Shown: positions 19,218-29,859 of the stretch, one piece after another
Numbering within the stretch: position 1 is the first letter of the stretch
How the letters are laid out: every line of letters begins with the position of its first letter
From: Anaerolineae bacterium
GTDB taxonomy: Bacteria > Chloroflexota > Anaerolineae > Anaerolineales > UBA4823
DNA: 64,000 nucleotides
Direction of reading: 5' to 3'
Assembly (NCBI GenBank): GCA_003130835.1
Contig: QEXX01000088.1
Coordinates: 16,715-80,714 of the forward strand
Translations under genes and position numbers: made by a program
The notes under the pieces: model-generated
What the model was told of the DNA's origin: nothing
Databases searched by the model: none
What the model saw: the letters and a program-made list of their open reading frames with translations, nothing else

Positions 19218-20522
19218 TCACTCAACCACGCCGTAGAAGTGGGGTAAAGGATCGATAGGCTCCTCTTTGATAATCACTGCCTCAGAAAGCATTTGCCTAG
19301 CCAGAGAGAGTTGCTCTTCTCCGTTTGCATGAACGGTGAAGAGTGGCTCATTTTTTTGAATCAGTTCACCCACCTTGCGATGTACCTCGATTCCAACACC
19401 ATAATCGATTGAGTCACCTTTCTTTGCCCTGCCTGCGCCGAGATAAACAGCCGCCAAGCCTACCTTTTCGGCATGAACCTGATGAATCACCCCGCTTTCT
19501 GGCGCAAGGATCTCTTGGCGCAATTTGCTACTCGGCAGCCGATGCGGCTCTAAAACGACCCCTAAATCCCCCCCTTGAGCTTCAATCCAATCCAGAAACT
19601 TTTGCCAGGCTTTTCCACTTTTCAGGACCTGCGCAACGGTTTGGTAGGCGGTTTCCATTGAAGGGCTTTGCTCACCAATCACTAACATTCGGCTAGCGAT
19701 TTCTAGACAGTGAGCTTCAAAATCCTGTGGCCCACGGTTTTGTAACGTTTCGATGGCTTCGCGTAGCTCAAGGGCATTCCCCACTGCAACACCCAAGGGT
19801 TGATTCATATCCGAAAGATAGGCAACCGCTCTCCGACCAGTCTTGCGCGCAATGGCTACCATTAAGTGAGCTAATTGCTCGGCTTCAGCGAGGGTCTTCA
19901 TGAACGCGCCAAGGCCCACCTTTACATCTAATACAATCGCTTGGGCGCCAGCCGCAATCTTCTTACTCATAATCGAGGAGGCAATCAGCGGTATCGATTG
20001 AACGGTACCAGTCACATCCCGCAGGGCATATAACTTTCCGTCGGCAGGAGCTAAATCGGCTGTTTGCCCACAAACAACCACTCCAACGTTCGCCAATTGA
20101 GCTAAAAACTGCTCTGTGGTCAAGTTTGCCTGAAAACCTCGAATCGATTCGAGTTTATCTAAGGTGCCCCCGCTAAAGCCCAATCCCCTGCCAGACATCT
20201 TTCCAACCGGTAAACCGCAAGCTGCCACCAGGGGCGCAACCACCAAAGTGGTCTTATCCCCCACCCCACCAGTCGAATGCTTATCCACTGCAATGGGCAC
20301 TACCGATCGCAGGTCTAGCATTTCACCGGACCGCGCCATCGCCAACGTTAGCGCAGTCGTTTCTTCATCGGTCATGCCATTAAGCAGAACCGCCATTGCC
20401 CAAGCCGCGACTTGATAATCCGGAATATCTCCTTGGGTAAAACCTCGAATAAACCACTCAATTTCCTGAGCGGTAAGTTCTTGCCTATCCCGTTTCTTAA
20501 TAATGATATCAACTGCTCTCAA
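19218..20522 (-). CDS. pdp: Pyrimidine-nucleoside phosphorylase
   Basis: DKHSTGGVGDK, KMSGRGLGFSGGTLDKLESI, PADGKLYALRDVT, SIMSKK. True start probably TTG at 20522 (MRAVDIIIKKRD), overlapping the upstream stop. Confidence 0.94.
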   Translation of the reverse strand: MRAVDIIIKKRDRQELTAQEIEWFIRGFTQGDIPDYQVAAWAMAVLLNGMTDEETTALTLAMARSGEMLDLRSVVPIAVDKHSTGGVGDKTTLVVAPLVAACGLPVGKMSGRGLGFSGGTLDKLESIRGFQANLTTEQFLAQLANVGVVVCGQTADLAPADGKLYALRDVTGTVQSIPLIASSIMSKKIAAGAQAIVLDVKVGLGAFMKTLAEAEQLAHLMVAIARKTGRRAVAYLSDMNQPLGVAVGNALELREAIETLQNRGPQDFEAHCLEIASRMLVIGEQSPSMETAYQTVAQVLKSGKAWQKFLDWIEAQGGDLGVVLEPHRLPSSKLRQEILAPESGVIHQVHAEKVGLAAVYLGAGRAKKGDSIDYGVGIEVHRKVGELIQKNEPLFTVHANGEEQLSLARQMLSEAVIIKEEPIDPLPHFYGVVE

Positions 20523-21202
20523 TGGATGCTCCTTACTAGAAACGATTTTGCCTGTGCCCAAATCTGATCGAACATCTGCTCGGTGAGACGTCCAGTTTGC
20601 GTGTTTTGGCGGCTGGGATGATAGGAAGCAAGGATCGTGATTGCAGGGAGTCCGCCTCGATAGCAACCACCATGCTGAAAAGCAGGTTTGGGAGATAGCC
20701 CGAAATATGTTACCACTTGTTCAAAAGCGATTCTTCCCAGCGCCACTACAACCCGCAAATTGTGAAGCAGCGCAATCTCGCGATGAAGATATGGAATGCA
20801 ATTGCGCACCTCGCTTGGAGTGGGTTTATTCAATGGTGGCACGCAGCGACAGACAGCGCTGATATAAACATTCCTAAGCTGTAAACCATCGTCTCTATGG
20901 CTGGCATTTGGCTGATTGGAAAAACCAGCCTTATACAGCGCGCGGTAGAGAAAATCCCCGGAAGAATCACCAGTGAACATCCGGCCGGTTCGGTTCGCTC
21001 CATGTGCCCCGGGTGCTAAACCCACAATGAGCATCTCCGCCTGATAGTCCCCAAAACCCAACACAGGTTTCCCCCAATAAAGTTGCTCTCGAAATGCTTT
21101 TCGCTTGGTTGCAGCAACCTGCTCCCGCCAAGCAACCAGACGCTCGCATTTGCGGCATGCTAGGATTTCCTCTTCCAATTCCTTCCACGTTTCAAGGCTC
21201 AT
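20519..21202 (-). CDS. Uracil-DNA glycosylase, family 5 (UdgB-like, Fe-S)
   Basis: CRKCERL, GLAPGAHGANRTGRMFTGD, RCVPPLNKP, SYHPSRQNT. Confidence 0.9.
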   Translation of the reverse strand: MSLETWKELEEEILACRKCERLVAWREQVAATKRKAFREQLYWGKPVLGFGDYQAEMLIVGLAPGAHGANRTGRMFTGDSSGDFLYRALYKAGFSNQPNASHRDDGLQLRNVYISAVCRCVPPLNKPTPSEVRNCIPYLHREIALLHNLRVVVALGRIAFEQVVTYFGLSPKPAFQHGGCYRGGLPAITILASYHPSRQNTQTGRLTEQMFDQIWAQAKSFLVRSIH

Positions 21203-22230
21203 AGAATCAACATTGCATCACCGAAAGAATAGAACCGATAGCGTAGTTGAATTGCGGTTTGATAGAGGCTCAAGACCCATTCTCTACCTGCAAAAGCAGA
21301 TACCAGCATTAACAAGGTAGAGCGCGGTAGATGAAAATTGGTAATCAACCCTTGCACAACTTTAAAGCTATAGCCTGGCAAGATATAGAGATCGGTCATG
21401 CCTGTATAAGGTTGCATACTCCCTTCGGGGCTATGCGTTGCAGCCGTTTCTAAAGCCCGTACACTGGTCGTGCCGACAGCAATGACCCGTCTTCCCATCT
21501 GACGCGTTTCCCGAATCAAGCGTACGGTTTCCTCGCTGACCTGACACCACTCTGTATGAATCCGATGCTGAGATGGGTCTTGCTCGGTGACCGGTGCAAA
21601 GGTGTCTAAACCGATGTGGAGAATTAATCGCCCAAATCGTACGCCCTTTTTTTGCAACGCCTCCATCAATTGGGGAGTAAAGTGCAGGCCGGCAGTAGGG
21701 GCAGCGACCGAACCATCCACTTTGGCAAACACGGTCTGATAACGCTCGGACACATTCTCGATCTTATGATGGATATATGGAGGCAAGGGAGTCTGGCCAA
21801 ACTCATCGAGATGTGGCTCGATCGGTTGCTCGAATTGAATCACTCGCTCCGCACCTTGCAAAGACTCAACCACCCAAGCACGCAAGCCATCTCCAATCAC
21901 CAATTCAATGCCTACTCGCACCTTTTTTCCCCCGACCAGGGCATGCCATCTTAAGGAATCTATTTTTTTTAGAAGCAGTACTTCTACTTGCCCACCGCTT
22001 ACTGCTTTTTTGGCAAACAGACGCGCTGGAATGACGCGCGTCTCGTTTAGCACCAACAAATCCCCCGCTTCTAAATATCGACCGATCTCTCGAAAAACCG
22101 TATGTTCCACTTGACGCGAGTCGCGAAAAGCGACCATTAACCTGGCTGAGTCTCTTGGCTCAGCCGGGGTTTGAGCAATCAACTCTTGAGGTAGGTGATA
22201 GTCAAAATCATCAGTTCTCAAGGTTGTCAC
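21199..22230 (-). CDS. queA: S-adenosylmethionine:tRNA ribosyltransferase-isomerase
   Basis: DFDYHLPQELIAQ, PLPPYI, YQTVFA, AAPTAGLHF, TNFHLPRSTL, YRFYSFGDAM. Confidence 0.97.
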   Translation of the reverse strand: MTTLRTDDFDYHLPQELIAQTPAEPRDSARLMVAFRDSRQVEHTVFREIGRYLEAGDLLVLNETRVIPARLFAKKAVSGGQVEVLLLKKIDSLRWHALVGGKKVRVGIELVIGDGLRAWVVESLQGAERVIQFEQPIEPHLDEFGQTPLPPYIHHKIENVSERYQTVFAKVDGSVAAPTAGLHFTPQLMEALQKKGVRFGRLILHIGLDTFAPVTEQDPSQHRIHTEWCQVSEETVRLIRETRQMGRRVIAVGTTSVRALETAATHSPEGSMQPYTGMTDLYILPGYSFKVVQGLITNFHLPRSTLLMLVSAFAGREWVLSLYQTAIQLRYRFYSFGDAMLIL

Positions 22231-22472
22231 CGGTTTAGAAGCCTAACAACGAGATTAAGAATGATCGTGAGGAGAATAGACAACAAAATCGAGCTGGCAA
22301 TCGGGATAAAACACGTGAAGTTATCACCCTGAATCCGCAAATCGCCTGGCAACCTCCCCAAAGGCAACTTCAGTCCAGCCAAGCCCAATCGGTTGGCTAG
22401 CAAAATGATCCCTCCGATCACAATCAGCACAACCCCAAAACCAATCAGCCATTTTGCCATTTGTGTCATCAT
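22227..22472 (-). CDS. DUF2905 family small membrane protein
   Basis: Two TM helices around LGRLPGDLRI..F.C.IPI; usual ruvB-DUF2905-queA context. Confidence 0.85.
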   Translation of the reverse strand: MMTQMAKWLIGFGVVLIVIGGIILLANRLGLAGLKLPLGRLPGDLRIQGDNFTCFIPIASSILLSILLTIILNLVVRLLNR

Positions 22473-22497
22473 CGTGCGATCTCACCTCCAAATGGAA

Positions 22498-23529
22498 TTA
22501 AAACATTGTTGGTTGCGAGGGGGTTTCCTTTGGAAACGCACAACCCAAGTGTTCATAAGCGATCCGAGTGACGACGCGCCCTTGAGGTGTGCGCTCAATC
22601 ATCCCTAATTGGAGTAAATACGGCTCAACGACATCCATAATGGTATCCGATTCCTCACTTAAGGAGGCTGCAATGGTACTCAGCCCAACTGGCCCACCGT
22701 TGTATTTTTCAATAATTGTTCGCAGGACCCGCCGATCAATATCATCTAAGCCTAAAGTATCAATTTCTAGCAGGTCTAAGGCTTGACAAGCAATTTCCCG
22801 GGTAATGACCCCATTGGCGCGCACGGTTGCAAAATCTCTCACCCGTCGCAATAAACGCAGCGCCACGCGCGGCGTGCCGCGACCACGTTGGGCAATCTCG
22901 CGCGTGCCACCTTCATCAATCTGCACTTTCAAAAGTTTGGCTGCGCGGGTGACAATTTCAACCATCGCTTGAACATCATAGTAATCCAATCGAAAAACCA
23001 CTCCAAATCTCGCCCTTAACGGCGCAGTAACCAGCGCCAGACGGGTGGTCGCACCCACAACCGTAAAGCGAGGTAACTTTAGGCGAATCGAACGCGCCGA
23101 AGGCCCTTTTCCTACCACAAAATCAAGAGCAAAATCTTCCATCGCAGGATATAAAATTTCTTCGACCGCGCGGCCTAAACGATGGATTTCGTCGATAAAG
23201 AATACATCTCCTTCTTGAAGGTTGGTCAATATGGCTGCCAAATCCCCGGCTCGCTCAATGGCTGGTCCTGAAGTCACCTTGATATTCACTTTCATCTCAT
23301 TGGCAATTACATGTGCGAGGGTAGTCTTCCCTAACCCCGGTGGCCCGTAAAATAAAACATGTTCAAGCGGATCTCCCCGCTTTAGAGAAGCCTCAATGAG
23401 GATACGCAAGTTTTCCTTTACACGTTCCTGCCCGATCACATCCGCCAAGCGTTGCGGACGCATCGTTAAGTCAAAACTATCTTCGTTTTTCAAGCTCGGA
23501 TCAATCATCCGTTCAGAGTTCGCATTCAT
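22498..23529 (-). CDS. ruvB: Holliday junction branch migration helicase RuvB
   Basis: [47 protein letters not shown]. Confidence 0.98.
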   Translation of the reverse strand: MNANSERMIDPSLKNEDSFDLTMRPQRLADVIGQERVKENLRILIEASLKRGDPLEHVLFYGPPGLGKTTLAHVIANEMKVNIKVTSGPAIERAGDLAAILTNLQEGDVFFIDEIHRLGRAVEEILYPAMEDFALDFVVGKGPSARSIRLKLPRFTVVGATTRLALVTAPLRARFGVVFRLDYYDVQAMVEIVTRAAKLLKVQIDEGGTREIAQRGRGTPRVALRLLRRVRDFATVRANGVITREIACQALDLLEIDTLGLDDIDRRVLRTIIEKYNGGPVGLSTIAASLSEESDTIMDVVEPYLLQLGMIERTPQGRVVTRIAYEHLGCAFPKETPSQPTMF

Positions 23530-23607
23530 AGCAGCGATTATAACCCGTAATCCATTATAATAAACCTAGCAGACAACTGCTGATGATCTTTTTCTTTGGA
23601 GCCCAAA

Positions 23608-24231
23608 ATGACTGTTCACGTTTCCCCCCATCCCCTGGTGGCGCATAAGCTGACCTTGTTACGGGATCATACGACCGATCATCGTACGTTTCGGGAGCTA
23701 GTCAAGGAAATTGCTACCTTGTTAACCTATGAAGCTACCCAAGATCTTCAGCTTCGACCACGGCCGGTTCAGACCCCGTTAGCGCGCACGAATGGTGCGG
23801 AGTTGAAAGAAAATGTCGGCTTGGTGCCAATTTTACGAGCTGGTTTAGGGATGGTTGATGGGGTTTGGGAGCTTTTGCCCTCAGCAGAGGTCTGGCATAT
23901 TGGCTTATATCGCGATGAAAAAACGCTCAAACCGGTCGAGTATTACAACAAACTACCCGTCGAACCAACCGTGTCGGTTTGTCTCATTTTAGACCCTATG
24001 TTAGCTACCGGAGGATCGGCTGTTGCAACGGTAAGCATCTTAAAAAACTGGGGAGTTCGCAACATCAAGTTCATGGGCATCCTTGGCGCGCCGGAAGGAA
24101 TCAAGTTCCTTCAGCAAAGCCATCCGGACGTCCCAATTTACCTTGCTGCCGTTGACGAGGGTTTGAATGATCAAGGCTTTATTCTTCCGGGTCTTGGAGA
24201 CGCAGGCGACCGCCAATTTGGTACAGGTTAA
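23608..24231 (+). CDS. upp: Uracil phosphoribosyltransferase
   Basis: [46 protein letters not shown]; ATG 23608 after GGAG. Confidence 0.97.
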   Translation: MTVHVSPHPLVAHKLTLLRDHTTDHRTFRELVKEIATLLTYEATQDLQLRPRPVQTPLARTNGAELKENVGLVPILRAGLGMVDGVWELLPSAEVWHIGLYRDEKTLKPVEYYNKLPVEPTVSVCLILDPMLATGGSAVATVSILKNWGVRNIKFMGILGAPEGIKFLQQSHPDVPIYLAAVDEGLNDQGFILPGLGDAGDRQFGTG

Positions 24232-24238
24232 GCCATGT

Positions 24239-25450
24239 TCAATGATTCTCTCTGAGAAATAAAAATGGATCGAGATAGTTGTTGATCACTTCTTGCTTTA
24301 TTTTCATTCGGGCGATAAGATAGGAGCGGGACTCGGTTTGTGAGGCTTGCCATCGTAGGGCGCGAATCACATCCAAATTCGGCCAATGCGCTGGCCTTTT
24401 TGCCAATAGATCGGTATAACAAATGTCAAAGTGCAAATGGGAGCCACTCACGGCATTAGCTGCCAAGCCAATGGAACCAATAGGCTGACCTCTCTTCACA
24501 CGTTGCCCGACGCGGACGAAAATCCGATTGTCAACATGACCATATCTCGAAAAGACCGCTTGTTTGCGCCGGTCGCCATTCGGCAAGGTTACTTTTGCTT
24601 CAGGGTGAGAGATCACGATCAGGTTACCCCAACTTCCAGCCCGTCCAGCAAAGGTCACCACTCCATCACCAATACTATAGATTTCCTTACCACGATCAGC
24701 TTCAGTGCCGCCAGGTAAGTTCAAGTCTGCACCGGTGTGATATCCATAGGTGTACCACGATAAAAAGGGATTGGCATCGTACCACTGCCCCACCCAGATG
24801 GGATACTTCCCAAACATCAACCTGCCCGTCGGGAAAGGAGCATTTCGTTCCTCTTGACTACCCACCGGAGCATCAAATCGCGAGACCTTACTTGGCGGAG
24901 AAAATAGAGGCACCCAACGAACCGGACCATACGCAGCAAGCGCCGGCGGGTCTTCGATGCTGAGGTCATATTGACGAACTTTACCGATTTCTCGTCCTAG
25001 AGATGGATCAAGGTAAAACTCACCCAGCGGATGCCAGACATCGGATAACTCAGACATATCCACCATGGCGTAGTTATATTCTTCTTGAACGCCAGAATCG
25101 TTATAATTTACCTTATAGGTGATCGTAAAAATGACCCGTTTAGACGTTGAAAACTTAGCCGGCACAAAAATTTCCACCCGATAAGGTCCAGCAGGGGCAC
25201 CTGGTGGAAGATAGCGGTCTACCGTTACTTCCAAATTGGGATTGGTCGGACGACACAACACCTCGTAGGTTTGAGATAAGGCCGGGTCATAACACTTAAA
25301 CCGTTTCCATTGGCTCTTTAAGAATTCGAGTTTTGCGCCATCCGTAACATGATATTGAATTACATAATTCTCATCTTCATGATTCAATACATAAAGGGGC
25401 TTTGTCATCCTAAAGTCTCCATCTAAACCCAAGCATGCTTTCGTTTCCAC
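24239..25450 (-). CDS. M23 family metallopeptidase with N-terminal beta-sandwich domain
   Basis: HTGADLN (HxxxD), YGHV and HLHF (HxH) zinc motifs; start uncertain (possibly ATG near 25408). Confidence 0.8.
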   Translation of the reverse strand: METKACLGLDGDFRMTKPLYVLNHEDENYVIQYHVTDGAKLEFLKSQWKRFKCYDPALSQTYEVLCRPTNPNLEVTVDRYLPPGAPAGPYRVEIFVPAKFSTSKRVIFTITYKVNYNDSGVQEEYNYAMVDMSELSDVWHPLGEFYLDPSLGREIGKVRQYDLSIEDPPALAAYGPVRWVPLFSPPSKVSRFDAPVGSQEERNAPFPTGRLMFGKYPIWVGQWYDANPFLSWYTYGYHTGADLNLPGGTEADRGKEIYSIGDGVVTFAGRAGSWGNLIVISHPEAKVTLPNGDRRKQAVFSRYGHVDNRIFVRVGQRVKRGQPIGSIGLAANAVSGSHLHFDICYTDLLAKRPAHWPNLDVIRALRWQASQTESRSYLIARMKIKQEVINNYLDPFLFLRENH

Positions 25451-25516
25451 AAATCACTCAGAGAGCAATCTATCTGACCAACCAGAGGATACAAGTTTTA
25501 TTCCAACAGAGGCAAG

Positions 25517-26365
25517 ATGATCACCACCGAGCAAATCCATCGCTATCGCAGGGAAACTTTTCGATTAAGTCAACCCATCCAAAGCCTTGATGAAGCCATT
25601 CAATTTGTCAATACTCGTGGCTTTGTATTCTTATGGCCCATCCAGGAACTTTTGCTTCCCAGTTTGTGGGTAGCGGTAGCTGGAGATCGACCTGTACCCA
25701 ATCAGCATGATGATCCTGCCCACATAACCTGGCGCTGGAAAGATGCCATGCTTAGTAAACAGGTATGGTATTACGCCAAAATTCTGCGCAAGAAAGCCAC
25801 CATTCTATCCTTAGAACTCGCTCCCTATTTTTACGCCTTAACAGAAAACTATGGCGATATCGAAAACGACATCTTGATTCTCTACCGCCAAGGAAAGATA
25901 ACCCAAGAAGCCAAAGCGGTTTACGAAGCTTTGCTCCATCACGGCCCGTTAGACACCATCCGTCTTCGCCAAGAAGCTCACCTGTCCTCACCCAATAGTG
26001 ACGCTCGCTTCAACAAAGCCCTGACCGATCTGCAGGCAGACTTTAAGGTTGTCCCGGTTGGTGTAGCTGAAGCCGGAGCATGGAGATACGCGTTTGTTTA
26101 TGACCTCACCGCAAGGAAATTCCCTTCCATTGTTGAACAAGCCTGCTGGATTAGCGAGGGCAAAGCCTATGCAAAAATCCTGCAGACCTACCTAACCTCC
26201 ATTGGTGCAGGCACCTTACAGCATATCCGCAAACTCTTCTTATGGGAAAGTTCAACAATCCTTAAGACCCTAGAACGGCTGCTCGAGCAAAAACAGATTG
26301 TGGTTGAAACACTGCAAGGACAAGATGAAACGTGGTACTGTGTCACCCAGATTTTAGATAAATGA
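25517..26365 (+). CDS. AlkZ-related winged-helix protein
   Basis: A..FV..RGFV, LPSLW, W.WKD, YAK pattern and wHTH segments resemble AlkZ/YcaQ-related proteins. Confidence 0.55.
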   Translation: MITTEQIHRYRRETFRLSQPIQSLDEAIQFVNTRGFVFLWPIQELLLPSLWVAVAGDRPVPNQHDDPAHITWRWKDAMLSKQVWYYAKILRKKATILSLELAPYFYALTENYGDIENDILILYRQGKITQEAKAVYEALLHHGPLDTIRLRQEAHLSSPNSDARFNKALTDLQADFKVVPVGVAEAGAWRYAFVYDLTARKFPSIVEQACWISEGKAYAKILQTYLTSIGAGTLQHIRKLFLWESSTILKTLERLLEQKQIVVETLQGQDETWYCVTQILDK

Positions 26366-26443
26366 CTATAGCAAAAACCATGAAATCTCGCTATACTACT
26401 AGAAGAAGGTTTGTATACCCAAGATCATCATGAAGGAGAAAAT

Positions 26444-27478
26444 ATGAGCGCGCCCGTGACCTATTCATCCGACTCAATCATCACCATTGAAAGACATATC
26501 CTTGAGGAACAAAAAAGTTATCCTGAAGCAACCGGCGTCTTGACTTCATTGCTATATGACATCGCTCTGGTGGGTAAATACATCGCTAGTCGCATCTCTA
26601 GAGCTGGATTGATGGACATTCTCGGCGCAACGGCTTCGATCAACGTCCAGGGAGAAGTCGTCATGCGGCTTGATGAGCTGGCTGATGAGACAATTATTCG
26701 CCTTAACCAACATACCGGCCGTCTAGCTGTGATGGCTTCTGAAGAGCATCCAGATATTATCCCGATTCCAGAACAATACCCAACTGGGAAATATGTCTTA
26801 TTATTTGATCCCTTAGATGGGTCTTCAAACATTGACGTGAATGCCCCGGTCGGGACGATCTTCTCCATCTATCGCCGCATCTCCGAAGAGGGACCTGGAA
26901 CCTTAGCCGACTGTCTCCAACCCGGCAAGAATATGGTAGCCGGTGGGTATATTTTGTTTGGGACAAGCACAATGTTAGTATATACCTCAGGAAACGGCAC
27001 GCATGGCTTTACCTTGGATCCCATGCTCGGTGAATTTTTGCTTTCTCATCCGAATATCCAAATCCCTTCCAAGCCGAAATACTACAGCGTCAATCAAGGA
27101 TATGACATCTATTGGAGTGAAGGGGTGCGCAAATTTACCGAATACCTGCAAGGCAAAGACGGGCAGATCAAACCGCTTTCAAGCCGTTATATCGGCTCCC
27201 TCGTTGGCGACTTTCACCGCACCCTGCTGACCGGTGGCATTTTTTATTACCCGGCAGATAAAAAAGACCCCAAACGGCCAACGGGTAAATTGCGTCTGTT
27301 GTACGAAGCTGCTCCGCTTGCTTTTGTCATGGCTCAAGCAGGTGGCTATGCCTCCGACGGACATCAGGATATTCTCGAAATCGTACCTCACGATCTTCAT
27401 CAGCGAGTTCCTCTGTATATCGGCAATCGGGAATTGGTAGAAAAAGCCGAAGAGTTTATCCGCACCTACGATTCCTAG
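26444..27478 (+). CDS. fbp: Class 1 fructose-1,6-bisphosphatase
   Basis: [45 protein letters not shown]; ATG 26444 after AAGGAG. Confidence 0.96.
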   Translation: MSAPVTYSSDSIITIERHILEEQKSYPEATGVLTSLLYDIALVGKYIASRISRAGLMDILGATASINVQGEVVMRLDELADETIIRLNQHTGRLAVMASEEHPDIIPIPEQYPTGKYVLLFDPLDGSSNIDVNAPVGTIFSIYRRISEEGPGTLADCLQPGKNMVAGGYILFGTSTMLVYTSGNGTHGFTLDPMLGEFLLSHPNIQIPSKPKYYSVNQGYDIYWSEGVRKFTEYLQGKDGQIKPLSSRYIGSLVGDFHRTLLTGGIFYYPADKKDPKRPTGKLRLLYEAAPLAFVMAQAGGYASDGHQDILEIVPHDLHQRVPLYIGNRELVEKAEEFIRTYDS

Positions 27479-27548
27479 CCTTCATGGATTGATCAGCAAA
27501 GAGATCAACAACAAAGCAAGTCTAAGGTCTTAGCTCCATTATTCAAAT

Positions 27549-27600
27549 GCGACGAAGCGATCAAAGCGAAATAAAAGCAAAAGCTTCGTCGCTTTATTTT
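27549..27600 (+). terminator. Probable terminator downstream of fbp
   Basis: GCGACGAAGC-24 nt-GCTTCGTCGC followed by TTTATTTT. Confidence 0.55.
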
Positions 27601-27642
27601 CGGATACAATACATTTTATGACTCTACTGAAAAAAGCCTATT

Positions 27643-27720
27643 CACCACGAAGACACAAAGGTGCTAAGACTGTATAATAATAATGAAAACTTCGTGTCTT
27701 TGTGTCTTTGTGACTTTGTG
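27643..27720. repeat. Inverted array of octamer repeats (CTTYGTGN)n, REP/MITE-like
   Basis: Left arm CACCACGAAGACACAAAGGTGCTAAG; AT-rich spacer; right arm CTTCGTGT-CTTTGTGT-CTTTGTGA-CTTTGTG. Confidence 0.7.
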
Positions 27721-27795
27721 CTCCCATACCCTTTTTGCAGTGGACTCATGTTATTCAAGATTTAAGCCGTATATTGCCTGTCAAAGGAGCAAAAC

Positions 27796-28476
27796 ATGCC
27801 TCCCTTTTCATCAAGATCGATAAAATTCTTCCTGATAGTGATCTTGTTCGTCGCTTCGCTTGCCTGCAATCTTATTACAGGCTTTTTCCAAAACTTCGAG
27901 CAAGTGAAATCAACGGTGGTGTCAATCGCCACCGATGCAAAAGGCGGTCAAGAAGCTATGGCGACGGCCTATGCCCTCGCCACTCAACTTGCCGGCAACC
28001 AGTTTGTGGAAACCGCAAAAGCCATAGCAACCGAGGTGGGCAAATCTGGGGCTGCTGAAACCCTGCAAGCTGTCATCACCGAGCAAGCGCCGGGCATAGA
28101 GGAGACCCTCCAGGCCTTTTTGACCCAAAATGTGCCAGAACTTGAAGGGACAGCCAAGGCTCTGCTCACCCAAGTTCCGTTGCCTTCAACCTCGCCTCCC
28201 GACGACATCCCTATTGTACAGGGAGACATACAAAATTTGCTCACCTCCAACAACACCCTCACCTATCAAGTTTCTATGCCTTTAGCCGACGTGGTAGCTT
28301 TTTATAAAACTGAAATGCCCAAGAAAGGTTGGAGCTTCCAACCAGCTACATCCAGTGAACTTGAGAACGCATCCGTCTTGAACTTCATCAAAGAGAATCG
28401 TTCAGCTTCGATCACCATTAGCCTAAATCCCATCAACCAAAAAACCATGGTGGTCATCGTCCTTCAAAATCCATAA
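27796..28476 (+). CDS. Lipoprotein of unknown function
   Basis: SD AAGGAG; lipobox SLAC; helical repeats (ETLQA.xT); C-terminal PDDIPI..V.FYK.EM...GW domain. Confidence 0.7.
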   Translation: MPPFSSRSIKFFLIVILFVASLACNLITGFFQNFEQVKSTVVSIATDAKGGQEAMATAYALATQLAGNQFVETAKAIATEVGKSGAAETLQAVITEQAPGIEETLQAFLTQNVPELEGTAKALLTQVPLPSTSPPDDIPIVQGDIQNLLTSNNTLTYQVSMPLADVVAFYKTEMPKKGWSFQPATSSELENASVLNFIKENRSASITISLNPINQKTMVVIVLQNP

Positions 28477-28489
28477 GGAGGTAAAGAAA

Positions 28490-29008
28490 ATGGCTCTTTC
28501 AGTTGCTGAAGCTATCCGAACAAAACGAGCAGTGCGTCAATTTGCCGATAAGCCTCTATCAAAGGATGAAATCTATGCAATCCTAAATGCCGGTCGAAGA
28601 GCCCAATCTTCCAAAAACACGCAACCGTGGCATTTTATCGCTATTCAGGAGCGTGAACGGCTAATTGCGCTTTCTAAGCTAGGAGATTGGGCCGGTCACC
28701 TTGCCAGCGCCGCCCTCGGTGTAGCCATCCTGACTCGCGATCCAGCCGAAAGGTTTTCCATCATGTTTGACGCAGGACAGGCGGCCGCCTACATGCAATT
28801 GGCTGCTTGGGAAATGGGAATTGGCTCTTGCTTGGCATCCATTTATCAACCTGAGGAAGCGAGGAAACTGCTTGAATTTCCAGCTGAATATCATTTGAGA
28901 ATCGCCATTTCATTTGGCTACCCTCTTGACACCAATGTTTTAACCTCACCACCGCGTAAAGGAGGGCGGAAGCCTCTACAAGAAATTGTCCATTGGGAAA
29001 AATGGTAA
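28490..29008 (+). CDS. Nitroreductase family protein
   Basis: IRTKRAVRQF, AQSSKNTQPWHF, DAG.A...MQLAAWEMGIGSC, FGYP; SD TAAGGAGG. Confidence 0.92.
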   Translation: MALSVAEAIRTKRAVRQFADKPLSKDEIYAILNAGRRAQSSKNTQPWHFIAIQERERLIALSKLGDWAGHLASAALGVAILTRDPAERFSIMFDAGQAAAYMQLAAWEMGIGSCLASIYQPEEARKLLEFPAEYHLRIAISFGYPLDTNVLTSPPRKGGRKPLQEIVHWEKW

Positions 29009-29018
29009 ACGAGGCAAA

Positions 29019-29843
29019 CTACGGATGGGACTCAGAAGGTTGGATGGTTTTGCCCAAGAGTGACAAGATTTCTGAGGCGGCTTCTTCGATCGGCTTAAGG
29101 GAAACGTCCACCAAGGGCCAGTCCTTGCGGCGTTCAAAAATTTGATACGCATAAGCCAATTCTTGATGAATGTATTCTATATCAGCATATCTATGCGCAA
29201 TCGTACCCATGCGCTCGATGCGTACTTTACGCAATTCTGCTAATCGCTGTGGATTAATCACCAACCCAACCACCCGATGTTTGGGCAATTGAAAGAGTTC
29301 CTTAGGTGGCTCTACCCCCAAAACGATCGGCACATTGGCTACCTTCCAGCCTCGATAAGCAAGGTAGAAACTCGTGGGCGTTTTGGATGTGCGCGAGACA
29401 CCCACAAGCACAATGTCAGCATCATCCAATTCATGAGGATTCTTGCCATCGTCGTGTCGCACCGTATAGTCGATTGCCTCAATCCGTTCTAGATAGCCCC
29501 GATCAAAGGGAGTCATCCCACCTGGTATCCCTTTGGGTTTTATGGAAAACATCTCCGACAAACGCACCAATAATGGCCCCATTATATCGATAGTAGTTAC
29601 ATCCAGCAATCGTCCCTCAGTGACCATCAAATGTCTCAATTCCTCTGAGACAAGCGTATGGACAATAATCCCCTTATACTTGGCAGCTTCGGCGAGTATC
29701 TGATAAACCTGTTCTTTGGTGCGAATCTCGCCAATCCGAATCACCTCCACATCTTGAGCATCGAATTGAATCAAAGCCGACTTGACGACTCGTTCTGCAG
29801 TTGCTCCAGAGGCATCGGAAACGGTATAGATTCGATGCGTCAT
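29019..29843 (-). CDS. ppsR: PEP synthase/PPDK regulatory kinase-pyrophosphorylase (DUF299)
   Basis: VSDASGATAE, RIEAIDYTVRHDDG, LVGVSRTSKTPTS.YLA, IEEAA. Confidence 0.93.
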   Translation of the reverse strand: MTHRIYTVSDASGATAERVVKSALIQFDAQDVEVIRIGEIRTKEQVYQILAEAAKYKGIIVHTLVSEELRHLMVTEGRLLDVTTIDIMGPLLVRLSEMFSIKPKGIPGGMTPFDRGYLERIEAIDYTVRHDDGKNPHELDDADIVLVGVSRTSKTPTSFYLAYRGWKVANVPIVLGVEPPKELFQLPKHRVVGLVINPQRLAELRKVRIERMGTIAHRYADIEYIHQELAYAYQIFERRKDWPLVDVSLKPIEEAASEILSLLGKTIQPSESHP

Positions 29844-29859
29844 AGAAAATACTCCTTAT

